Below, piece by piece: positions 14,178 to 25,945 of a stretch of 64,000 nt of DNA (the first letter of the stretch is position 1; every line of letters starts with the position of its first letter). Location: contig OZ037765.1 of assembly GCA_964035545.1 (NCBI GenBank), positions 22,133,504 to 22,197,503 of the forward strand, written 5' to 3'. Below the pieces are notes generated by a model. That model did no database searches. It worked only from the letters and a program-made list of their open reading frames with translations, and was not told the origin of the DNA. A program made the position numbers and the translations under genes. This stretch comes from Bugula neritina (Eukaryota > Animalia > Bryozoa).

Positions 14178-17100
14178 TGTAGCTCTATAAAAAAAAGCCA
14201 CTGTATATACTGAGAGTAAGTATACAGTTTGATGATTGGTTTCAAAATGCAAATTTGGTTGGTATAAAGGAAGTAGATGTAAAAAATATTTGGTTTCTAG
14301 TGAATATATTTGCATAGTTCAAAACATGCAAAGACGTGTATATTTTTCTCACTGGAGAATTGGGCACACTTTGGTATTCTTTCACAATAAAGCCTTCCCA
14401 TGAAAATTACATGTGATTTTAGAAACCCTCTAAATGCATACTGGTCAAAACAAACTTCAATTATGGTGTTGTCTCCTTTGAGTAATTATTGAAGTCAAGT
14501 GCAATGCCTAAGACCTTATTACTAAAGAGATATGATTTTGTGTACTCATCAGTTTGAACTCCCTAAACATTCAGTCATTTAATTACTTTGAGCTTTATAT
14601 GTCACCAACAGCGTCTATAGCAGAAAACCAAGCTACGGGAGAGCCAAGCCCCTCGGTACGAAGACATCAAAGTAACGGTGTTCCTAGTATTAAGAGATCA
14701 ATGTCGGCTGCTCAATCTAGCAGAGAACTTGCAAAGCAAAAGAAATTTGAGGCATTAATTTTGGCACCTTCCAAGAATGGTTTAGGTAAATTTTAATATT
14801 AACAATTTTTTTGTACTTTCTTGTATCTTTTATCACTATTAATTCTTATTTTTATATTTACATATATTGTAGTTAAATTAATTCTTTATGGTAATATCAG
14901 GTTTTTAGTTTATTTTTGTGGTTCCTTTTATTTTTATTCGTTTTGCAGAAGATCTAAGAACTATGAGTTGGCCTGGAATACCAGCTAGCTGTCGACCAAT
15001 CACGTGGAAGATTTTATCAGTAAGTGTCAGCAATTGCATTTTTAGTTTACTCAGTAACCATTTAGTTTGTATCCTTGAAATCTTTTAATTGAAGTATTTT
15101 TATGAGTCGTTGTCCTTGTTTTCTAAACATGGTTAAACGTCATGCATTATAGGGCTTCAAAAGCTACTTCTGGTAATTTATTGTTTTAAGATTTTATTTA
15201 TGTTCTAAGACGTAGCTGTTTATTGTTTTTATAATTTATTTAAAGTACTAGTTGGAAATGTTTAGGAAAAATCAGTATGAATGCATATAAAGGCGAGAAA
15301 AATAGTTAATATAGGCGAAAAGTGTAACGTAACCGTTGGTAACAAATAGTCAAAGATTTTACAGTACTGTAATACTTTTTGTTACAATTACTGACTATAA
15401 TAGAGTAACAGTTGAAATTAATCCTGTGTAATGATCCCAACATTAACTCTACTTAAGCTAAAGAAGGGTTCTACAATCATTCAAATATGCAGATATTTTC
15501 TAAGGTCAATTTTTCACTAATAACTTTCAATCAGGTTGTATTGATAGTATTTATCCGCACACTCTAAACGAATATATGTTATATGATAAATATGTGGTAT
15601 AAACTTGATGCATTGGCAGGTGAATGTCTGCAATAACCTCAATATTTCTTAGACAATTTTTAACTAAGAGGGAGAACATAACTCTTAAAGTTAAGCAGAC
15701 ATGTCGGAAGCACACTGAAACTTTATTAACAAGTAGCTAGCTGGTAAATATTGCTAATAAAGGCATAAGCACACCATCAATCATGCTAATAATTATAATC
15801 TTGTTATTCTAAAGGGTTACTTACCAGTGGCTCCAGATCGGAGAGAGTCAATTCTAGAAAGAAAGAGAAAGGAGTATTTTGGATTTTTAGACCAATACTT
15901 TGGCACAAGGCACGAAGATCAGTATCAGCATATATTCCGTCAGATTCATATAGACGTCCCAAGGATGAATCCACTAATACCATTGTTTCAAACTAAGCTA
16001 GTGCAAGAGGTGAATTGCTATTCTTTAATATCGGTTCTTAACTTTTTGTTTTTATTTTCTGATGGCAGCTACGCGAATGATCGTTGAAAGATTCATCAAC
16101 AACATCATTTTGAAAGGTCTGAGGTGGAAGTTTTATGTTTTTCAAAGATCTAGTATAGCTATCCTGTTTAGTTTAAGTATTTCAGTATTAATCAAAGTTA
16201 TACCCATTACAAAAAGTGCTGACCAAAAAGGCACTAATAAGGTATTATTCAGTCTACTTTAATAATGTGTTTCTCCTGCATCTATATAGTACATATAACT
16301 ATGGTAGTAGTGAGTAAGCTTTACACAAACTCAAAACACAAATGATGATTTCTTTTATCCATTCAGGTATTCTATTTTCGTTCAACAGAAAATTAAAATT
16401 TAATTTTCATAATAATGTGAAACCAAATTTAATATAGTAATATTTTTTCTATAGTATCATGTAATGTAGACTGCAATTTATAGACACTGAATTATTTCAA
16501 TTTGACCTTGTAGATCTTTGAGCGAATACTGTACATATGGGCTATAAGACACCCTGCCAGTGGTTATGTGCAGGGTATTAATGATCTCGTTACTCCATTT
16601 TTTGTTGTCTTCCTTACAGAATTCCTAGATGCAGGTAAGCAACCCTTATAGCCTTTGTTCTTCTTACATTGGATTTGTGTCATCTTGATGCCTCAATAGT
16701 TTTAGTATACAGCTAGAATTTACATACAGGTAGTTCCCAGCTATTAAAGTGGATAATTGATTACCTTAGCTTAGTAAGTTGAAGATTTCTACTAACAATG
16801 AAGTTCCTATATATACTTCCAATATAATCTCTATAACTTTCATCTCATTTACATCTGAATTTGTTGTTAGAGTTGGCTAATTCTAGCCAATGGTCTTTAA
16901 AATCATGGTTTTGCAAATCTTATAGCCTCATCATGGTTTTTATATGTTTTTTTTCAAGTCACTGCTAGGTTTCATTAGGTCTCCTGGTTCCTTTGCCAGC
17001 ATGTCCCTGTTCCTTCTCATGGCAGCTCACATATTTTTGTCTTTTTCTTCTCAAATTTATATCAATGGATGTTTCTCTCACTTTTTCGGACTTTTGCCCT

Positions 17101-20100
17101 GTGTGTGGTTCAGTTAAGGGTTTCCTCTTATTCATCTCAACATCCTAATTTTAATTGTAATTTCTATATTTCTACTCTCTTTACAATCTGACTTTTGTCA
17201 CTTTGTTGGTTCGAAGACATGGACTTTCACTCAGCTCAAGTCCGTTATTTCTGGTTTGCTGTTTAATGTTGGAAGTCTTTGCTTTATTTCACAGGCATGC
17301 AATTCCTTCATGTATTGTAGTTTGTATTTTGATTTTTTTTTGATGTTGCCATTTTTACTTATTTTTCCATTAGTGCCATTATTACCAGACACCAAAGCAC
17401 ATTCATTAGTCAGTTCAGGCTTGGGGTACTTCTATCACCATAACATAGTTATGAGTTTTGACTTATTCTCAGAAATGTGGTGATAACCTTGTAGATGTTG
17501 AGTGTGGAGAAGTGGACATTACAGTTCTAAGCAAAGAGGAGCTGGACATGATAGAGGCAGACAGCTACTGGTGCATGTCTAAACTACTGGACGGCATACA
17601 AGATAATTACACATTTGCTCAACCTGGCATCCAAATGAAAGTGTCTGCACTCAAGGAGCTCACTCAGCGAATTGATTGTAAGTAACTTGCTTCAAACTAG
17701 TCTACTGCTACTACTACTACTGCTACTACTACTACTACTACTGCTACTGCTGCTGCTGCTACTGCTGCTACTACCACCACCACCACCACCACCACCACCA
17801 CCACCACCGCTTCTACTGGTTTAGTAAAATCATTAAATCAACTTGTAGACATTATATAATATGGCAAGCACAATGGAGGCTAAAAAAACTTTTTGCAAGG
17901 TTCTATAGCAACCTAATGGGTCTTCTGGTATTTTTTAGTCAATTACTAATATTGCCTCTGATATTGATTGAAATTTCTGAAACAGAAATGTGTGATTTAA
18001 AAATAAAAAGGATATTTCTCATTGTGATTTTTAAATTTAATAGGTGTTCTTTTTAAATGTGGTTGGAAAATTTATGCATTGCAAGAAATTCTAAAATCAA
18101 ATTGTTTCTACACTTTGATAATTTGCTTCTCATCTATAAAATAAATTGACATTCTAGCAGTGACTAGCTGAATTCTAATCACTTTAGTATCTTGTTCTCT
18201 TGTAGCCCATCTGCACACTCATATTGAAAATCAAGGCATTGAGTTCTTACAGTTTTCCTTCAGATGGATGAACAACCTGTTGATGAGGGAGTTACCGTTG
18301 AGATGTACTATAAGGCTGTGGGATACCTACCTTGTGAGTATCAGTTATTGCTAAACTTTAATGTTGTTACATCTGCTAGGACATGCAGGGTTTACGTCAA
18401 ATTAAATATAATGGAGCTGTAATTTAAGCTATTTATTAAAATGTATAAAAGCTGATTGTATCACTCCTTTATGGGTTTGAACATAAAGTACTACAAATCC
18501 CAAATTATTTTCATCCAAGTGTACATTTCGAAAATAGTAGCTTTTTATCTCCTTAAACACAAATATGTTGTAATGTCTACATAGCTTAGTGACTAGATTA
18601 GATTAGAGGCTGAAGGCTTTATGAAAAATGTTTAAAACTTTGATGGGCCAATTTTCTACCTGCTGAAATAAAGCAGTTGAACTAAATTACATTGGTTAGT
18701 AAAAATTAGTTAGGACGTAACTGCTAGCAGACCGACTATATATTTATGCTCATAATGCATGCCATGATCATTTGATTCTAGAGCAATGAATTGTCTTACA
18801 TGAAATAGTTATACACAAACATTGTGGAGTAGGGGTAAGGGGGGGCACAATGGGCCGATTTTTGAGTTTTTTGCTCTCATTCGTCTGTTTTTCAAGTTAC
18901 TAGTTCAATAATCTCTAGTCTAAATGTTGCATCTGTTGTCTATTACAGGTATCAGTTTGTTGTTTCTATCTCTCTCACAACTTTCAGAATAAGGAAATTT
19001 TCATGGCGAAAAAATCGCCCTTTGTGCCCAGTACCGGGTACAATGGGCCGCTGGGTGGGACACAACAAATATATTGAAAATTTGTTGATTTAGTTGCATC
19101 TGATCTTAATTTAATTAATATACACACATAAATCAAAATACTCTTTCAGATCTACAGGAAAAATCATGTTTTAGCTATACAGTTTGTACCAATACAGGTA
19201 ACAAGGGGAGGCAAAATCAAATGCACATCACTCATTTCTACGGTACCATTTTCATTACTGTTTAGAGATAAAAATGTTTTTTCTATTTCCACTTTACAGG
19301 AACTTTCATCAGAAAAAACTTTAGTTACATGTATTACAAAATTCCGAGTGGACTTTTTTCTATGAATTGTAGCTAAGGCGCATGGCTGAGGTTTGTGACT
19401 GGAATGCGGAAGGGGAGGGGGGAGGAAATGTGCAAATCAGAATTTATTTTAGTCAAATACATGTATAATCCCTCAATGGTATAATGTATAATAAATATCA
19501 CGACTATCCATTAGTAGCAACAGCAGAGTGTTTTGTATGATGCATAAAATGGCAAAGCCATAACCCACCAAATGTATATAGGCCTATTAGGGGAGCTTCA
19601 CCTTGCAGTCTGGTACTCTTACAATGATGTCTTTAATATTTTACAAAAAGGTCAGAAATGGCTATATCTATAGATTTTATTAACATTTCATCTAACTCTT
19701 TGGGCAAACAAACTTATAAAAGTGATCAGGGTGCAAGGATCAGGTGGCCCATTGTGCCCCATGTGGCCAAGTTGAAAAAAAATGTGGCTCAAGGAAAATT
19801 TATTTTAGATTCTGCTGTTATACTAGTTAAGCAATGTAGAGACAAGCAATGGCAACAATATCACTAAAATCTAGGCCTGTTACCTTTGAATGTAAAAAGT
19901 TATAAAGCTTTAACTACATCTTAAAAAATTGACAAACCGTAGGTAAAAACAGTTTTTGACTCGCCTCTTCAACATGTATGCTTCCGCTACAATGGCTGAA
20001 AAATTATTCCAATACCTTTTTATTAAAAAAAATCACAACTCTAAGTCAATAAGTTCTCTCACAGTTTGACCGGCTTTTTGTACCCCTATGACCGTTGTGC

Positions 20101-20504
20101 CCCCCCCCCCCTACCCCTATAGTATGCTGTATACACTATAGTCTATACAGTGTGTAATGTGTCTGTGTTTTAGGCTGAACCAGAAGGATTTGCTGATTAC
20201 CACCTCTACGTCTGTGCTGCTTTCCTAACCAAGTTTTCTAAGCAGCTAAAAAATGAACATGACTTCCAGGTAATGAAAATTGCTTTTTGTTTCAACGTTT
20301 TTTTGGTTTGTATTTTCCAAGCATTGCTTCTGCATTGGTGTTCTATAAGCCATGTCTGTTTGTCTGTTGTAGGGACTGATGACTATGCTACAGAATCTGC
20401 CCACCAAGAACTGGGGAGATGAAGATATTGGAGAGCTGACAGCCGAGGCCTACAGACTCAAGTATACTTTCTCCGGAGCTCCTCAGCATCTGAAAAACTC
20501 TTGA
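11105..20504 (+). CDS. TBC1D22: TBC1 domain family member 22 (Rab GTPase-activating protein), ~470 aa
   Basis: Exons: 11105-11112 (tentative), 13523-13600, 13862-14088, 14612-14785 (alternative in-frame acceptors 14621/14624), 14949-15019, 15815-16009, 16514-16634, 17495-17677, 18206-18333, 20174-20269, 20373-20504. Phases consistent. Motifs: FQQYEESTLDAWDD, SWPGIP..RPITWKILSGYLP, Arg finger IHIDVPR, Gln finger HPASGYVQGINDL, EADSYWCMSKLLDGIQDNY, LQFSFRWMNNLLMRELPLRCTIRLWDTYLAE, LQNLPT..W..EAYRLK. The ATG at 13863 is the alternative start if the first two exons are UTR. Confidence 0.93.
12481..12669. mobile_element. Small MITE, probably PIF/Harbinger-like, ~190 bp
   Basis: Inverted termini ATGCCTGGTTCACACTACAGCTAAAAGT ... 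ACTTTTAGCTGTAGTGTGAA(---)GGCA: 20-bp perfect core, 3-bp deletion in the right end, flanked by TTA/TAA. Superfamily assignment is inferred. Confidence 0.7.
14115..14170. repeat. (TA)n microsatellite
   Basis: Pure TA run just after a TBC1D22 donor site; source of the IYIY ORFs. Confidence 0.98.
17702..17808. repeat. Compound trinucleotide microsatellite (CTA/CTG)n-(CCA)n
   Basis: Directly visible in a TBC1D22 intron. Confidence 0.95.
18832..20117. mobile_element. Non-autonomous Tc1/mariner-superfamily (pogo-like) DNA transposon, 1286 bp, in a TBC1D22 intron
   Basis: TIRs GGGGTAAGGGGGGGCACAA ... TTGTGCCCCCCCCCCCCTACCCC, with TA on both sides (18830-31, 20118-19). Internal copies of GGGCACAATGGGCCG at 18843 and 19036, inverted at ~19016, 19746 and ~20070-20100. 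No transposase ORF. Confidence 0.8.
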
Positions 20505-23460
20505 CATCCTGTCCGTCATTTCGTCTGGTAGCTCTGAAGTTTAGAAGACATTTTTGGCATTTAGAAAAGTGGCTGGTCTTAGATGTGCCTTTTCGTCCTG
20601 GTCATATAATGTTGATTTTCCTACTAAAATTATTAGTATTTATACATTTTAAGTGATGATAGTATTATTCACTAGACATAAATTCAGCATTTTATCAACA
20701 GTAATTAACAAATGTATGCTATAGCTGTAAATAGCTCAGCGTTTTAGTCTCTATTTTTATATTGAGTATGTTGAGAAGTAGATCAGAAATTTTGCTGGTG
20801 CTTGAAATATTGGACTATTCGAAAGTGTTATTTCATAAATTTGAAGTTCAGAACTATAATATTATTTGCTATTTATATAGTTTGTATATAATTTAATGAT
20901 GCAGCTAACTGCATGCTATTAACCAACTAATAAAATACTGTACATATACTATTAGCACTCTTGTGATTCTGGGGCGTTTGTTAATTCCACAGACTCAACA
21001 GCTCTTAAACATTAACAAAAGTAAACTTACTTTACTTGGCTTGAACTCTACTTATGCTTTTGAAATTAATAATAAAGTTACCTTTTTATTTTCTCTAATA
21101 TTTACTAATTATCTAGCAATAATATACTATCGAATTACTAAATAATAAATATCTTTATATTAAACTTATTTAACTTGTAACTCTTGCTTTTTTCAGTTTG
21201 CTTGCTGCATAATTTTAAACCTAGCAAACTTGTAAGTTGACCTATGATTGACTAGGTGGCTATTAATTCTGCAGTCTTATACCCCTTACCCTGACTTCTA
21301 TAACCTTGGGGGCTAAAACTCACGGCAAATAATGTTGATGATCTTAAATTAACAAATTTTGGCAGATTACTTTGCAGGAACAGAGCTTTTTCTGCTTTTA
21401 TTTTTAACTTTTTGGTCTTTTTTCAAACTGCAACTATTTTATTTTCAAGCAAAGTATCTTTAATTACTGAAAACAGGGATCTAAATAACTTACTCATCCT
21501 CTTACATAAGAGAAGGCAACTACGAAAGATCAAACTGATACATAATTGAAAAATGAACACACTTCTGTAACTGAGCTCTATCTACAGAAAGCTGATAATA
21601 AAGCTTCTTGAAAATTTTACTTGTGCTGGCAAAACTAAATAATAGTAGAACCATCTGTTGACGTGAAAATATTTTCGTAATAAACCGATCAATGCAACAG
21701 TAACTATAGTTAAGAATAAGGGTTTGTTTGGAAAGTTTAATAAGTACTGCAAATGACTTTACAAATATTTATCCTTTGGCCTATGCAGTGAAGAAGTAAC
21801 TAGAAAGGTAATAACTTTTAGAAGATGTCAACACTTTTATATATTACAGTTATACCCAAGCAACTACATAACATAGGTTAGTTTCAGATTTACATGTATA
21901 ACACACCTGTTCAGTTTCACAATGAAGCTGTATACTACACATAGTTTCTAAAATTTATATTTTTTTTTATCATGGATAGGCATATGCAGACAATAGGCTT
22001 TAAAACTAACTATGGATCTTTTAATTTAAAAAAAAATCTATTGTTTATCCAGTGACTGGAAATAAAATGATTGTAATAGTTCATTTAGATAACAGCTTTT
22101 AATGTGAAATGAACTGCTTTGTTAAGTAAAATAACTAAATTTTTAAGTTTAATAAGTTTTCAGCTAATTTTGTGTTTAAGGTTTTAAAAAAAATGCAATT
22201 TTTTCTTAGCATTTAAGTATTTTTAGCCACATTTCTTTGCTAAACTCGTGATGTAATAAGATTAATTGTTACTATAATGATGATAAATTATAATTCCTTC
22301 AGTATAACAGTAAAGCCTATGCAAGTCAAACTGCTAAGACTGTTAAGCTTCCATTAAGGCTGAATCCATTACTTCCCATCCTATTATATAATGTTTTAAT
22401 ACAGTATTTCCTGTGGGTTAATACTTGCTAGTACCAAAGACTGTAGGTGGTACCAGCATCAAATATGATTGGGTTCTGCATATGATTGTAATCCAGTGAA
22501 CATTTCATCCATTTGCATATCAACTCTTATTATAAAGTGGAACTTTACATAGGTTGTGGATGAAAATGGCACATTAAAAAGTTGGTGTAAAAAAGAAACC
22601 TCGAGTAATTAAGTAAAAACATACAGCCACTACCTGCTATTAATAGTTGGTCACTATTACATAAAGCTTCGCCTTTCTATCTTAATCTCTAGAAAAAAGA
22701 GTGTAAAAGGCATTAATTCCCAAATTAGTCAAACTAGTAAGTTTTAATCCCTCCAAAAATATGAATATTCATACTGTCATGTATAACTTCAGCAGTTGTA
22801 TTGCCACCCTAGATTCTGAGTATCTTTTAAATAAATCTGATTATAGCAATAAAAATTGTTTTAAACTTTAATAAAGGAGCAGGTTTTGAAAATCCTACTT
22901 TTAAAGACTTATTAACCGTTACGAATGTGGGCTATTCATTATTTGTTTAATTCACCTACACTTATATTGATTTGTCATGTAGTGACATACCATATGGCAT
23001 ATCAATGTGAATATTTCATTTTATATAAAATACAAATTTAGTTAATCATTATTCATTATGTAGTTTGTGGCCACCTCTAATCAGTGTTGCTCTTGTTTGC
23101 AATAAATCAACTTCAATGCTATGTTTTATATACATACGTTGTGGCTATGCACAGTTAATATTACATATCTAAGTTGAATCCTACGATCTACAACTAAACT
23201 TGCCGTATACGTGTACTTTATGATGCAAAATAATAGGACATTTCAAGCAATTCAGCCGGCCAGCCATTGGGCAGTAGCTAGGGGCGGTCATTGTCGTTTC
23301 AAAAGGAAGTGCATTCATCAACAATTAATAATTTATATTATTTAAATTACATTTAAATTTAATTTGACAATATAAAATATTCTATCTTTATAAAAATGTA
23401 AAATTAAAAATAATGTTAATAATTTTATTAAATATATAGTTGCTACTCCTTTACTGACCA

Positions 23461-23481
23461 CATTGGTAGTTGACCTATAAA
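23461..23481 (+). promoter_or_regulatory. Candidate core promoter of bZIP upstream module A (ATTGG and TATAAA)
   Basis: ATTGG at 23462 and TATAAA at 23476-23481, about 90 nt upstream of the ATG at 23570. Confidence 0.45.
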
Positions 23482-23569
23482 TTCGACCAGCGGCAACGTC
23501 TAATAGTGCGTAATTTGGTTATGTCGTAAGGTTGCGAAACAAAATAACTCACATACTTCTGAAGGCGTG

Positions 23570-25945
23570 ATGGAGTTTCTAACTTCAAATGGTCAGTCTG
23601 AAAGTCATGGTCAAGAATTCAACATGTTCTACTTCTCAGGTGGCAGTCCGATTTGCAACACAAGTTACGGTAAGTGTAGGTCACATTTAATTTTATATTA
23701 CGTAAAGTTATGTAACAACTATAGGTTTCTGTTCAGATTAGTGACTGTATCAGACGCCATTGCAATTTTCTTCGAGTGTTATTAAACTTTGGTTATATAA
23801 CATTATAATACACATTCCAGTAATATATTGAATATTGAACCTGGTCTCGTTATGTAATGTGATGTAATAGTTATTAGACGTACTAATACTATATAATACT
23901 AAGATGAGTGAGTACTTATTTTCTAACTTCTAGTCTATCTACTAGGTCTAGTAGCTCTGTCTCTAGTAACATTTGTGTTAGCCAAACGTATAACACATTT
24001 TTTTATTTTACCAAGTCACTTGTGTATAGCGGTGCTGTGAGTATATATTTCATCAAATTAAATCAATTATAAGTTTCTTTTTTAAAAATTGAATCACTAA
24101 AGTATATCAGATTTAATGGAGCATAGCCAAGACTTTAATCAAGAGCAAACAGTTTGTGCAATAAATTTGCATACTAATTTGAGTTTCTTACTGACAAGTA
24201 ACAAAATTATGAATTAAAAGATAAAATATAGTACATGTGATATTTTAGTTCACTTTTGTATTAGTTGCTAATTTAAGAATGGGGTAAAAATGAGGTTTTC
24301 TTGTTTTGAGGTACTGAGGCTTAGATTCATTTGGGTTTTCCAATCAAAACCTAATTTTTTTATTGTAAACGCTGATAACTTCTGGTGTTGCCTATATCCT
24401 ATATGACTACTACTAGTAAAGTACTATTAGAAAATTAGTCCCTCTGCCTAACTTACTGTTTTAGTTTTACTAGATCTGATTGGGCCAGTTAGCTAGTAAA
24501 AGTACTTATAGGAGTGGAGTTTTGTCAAACCTTCCTGTTCCTGGCGTCAGAGCTGAGCTAATAGTTTAAAATTATAGCTTTTAATAACAATCTTCGATAA
24601 TTTACCGTTTATTTTAGCTGTACTGGGTGTTGTAGAATCACTGGTACTAAGGTCTTTTGTGATTAGTATTTAGGCCCCTGTGTGCTATAGTAATGAATAG
24701 AAGAATAAGCTATTTTCTTGTAACTTTAAGTACTTGTTGTCTTGGTAATTATAGTGGACACTAAGGACTTTGTGTTGATTTTCTATAGCTTAAAATAATA
24801 TAAGCCAAGCTTTAAACAATGTTTATTGAAACTTAGTCTTATGGTGGTGATTTTTCCTGAATTTCTATGAATATTTAAAATAAACAACAATATCTAGCCA
24901 TTTATGATCTACAAGAATGGAAATGCCTTGGGTCTGAGTCCATTACACTAAATAATTCGAAGTTGTTTAAACTTTCTGGCCATTTTAAGCAACCAATTCA
25001 TGATTGCTTTCAGTAATCGTTACTTTCTCTTGTGAGCCATTGAAAGCTACACTGCTCTGCTTATACAACCCAACTACATTACATTTCTGGAAAACTCAAA
25101 AGCTTTTAGCTGTAAAAATATTTGCTTTATGTAAAATAGCTTCTTCATCAGTTAAGCTTAGTTTCAAAACCAAATTATCTGGCAAAAGTTTAATATTTGT
25201 CTTCTCATAGTTATTTTATCAACTTGACTTGTGGAAGAGAAGGCAATTCCTATAAGTCTGTAATTCTTGCTTATTTATGCAGGAGAAAGTCAATCGAATG
25301 AGCGTGATTCCCACAGCGTTTACACAGCTTCCGCAGAACTGAATAAAAGCACGGATTATGGCCTTCCTTCGTTGACAGCGTTCAGTGCATTCAGCTTCCA
25401 AGATGACCCAAAACCGATTGACCAGACTCAGTTTTCATCAATGTTGGATGATCTCAACCAGAATGAGCCGGATCTTGATCAGAATGAGTCTGCTGCCCCT
25501 TATTACCCAGGCCCTAAAACACCATCACCCTTTTCAGAGTCATTGGATTCGACTTCATCTCAAAGTACTCCTGAGAGCTTGTCACAATCCGTTCTATATT
25601 TAGAGAATCAGCTTCAGCACGCTAAGAACCCATCTACTAATGTTCCAAGTACCACTTGCTCATATATGAACATGACTCCAAGTGGGTCTCTATACTCACA
25701 GAGTACAACCTTAGGTCAAGCCTGGGCACAAACTTTTGCTCACACTTGGCCACAAGAACAGTCCCAAACCTGGACTCGCCAGCCTCAGACACACAGCTAC
25801 AGCTCTCCGCCAACTTATACTTCCGGCAACTCCTCAACTTGGTCAGCTCAGGGGGAGATCTGGCCTGCAGGCTTTCATGCAAACTCTTTCCAAAACTCAT
25901 CTCAGGGAATACAATCACCATCTTGCCAAGACCTGGATTTATCAG
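23570..25945 (+). CDS. PAR/ces-2-type bZIP locus, N-terminal module A (exons 23570-23669, 25283-25945); S/Q/T/P-rich, activation-domain-like
   Basis: ATG GAG TTT...TAC G|gtaagt, then tatgcag|GA GAA...TCA G|gtaaga. The 663-nt second exon is open and GC-richer. It ends in a phase-1 donor compatible with both downstream bZIP exons, giving 357 or 359 aa. Confidence 0.75.
23697..23868. promoter_or_regulatory. Cluster of PAR-bZIP/NFIL3 D-box sites in bZIP intron 1
   Basis: ATTACGTAAA (23697) abutting GTTATGTAAC (23707); GTTATATAAC (23792); GTTATGTAAT (23849) abutting GTGATGTAAT (23859). Consensus RTKAYGTAAY. Confidence 0.7.

Noticed and set aside
13980-14315. IYIY-repeat ORFs (also 59668-60070)
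   Set aside because: Translations of (TA)n microsatellites.
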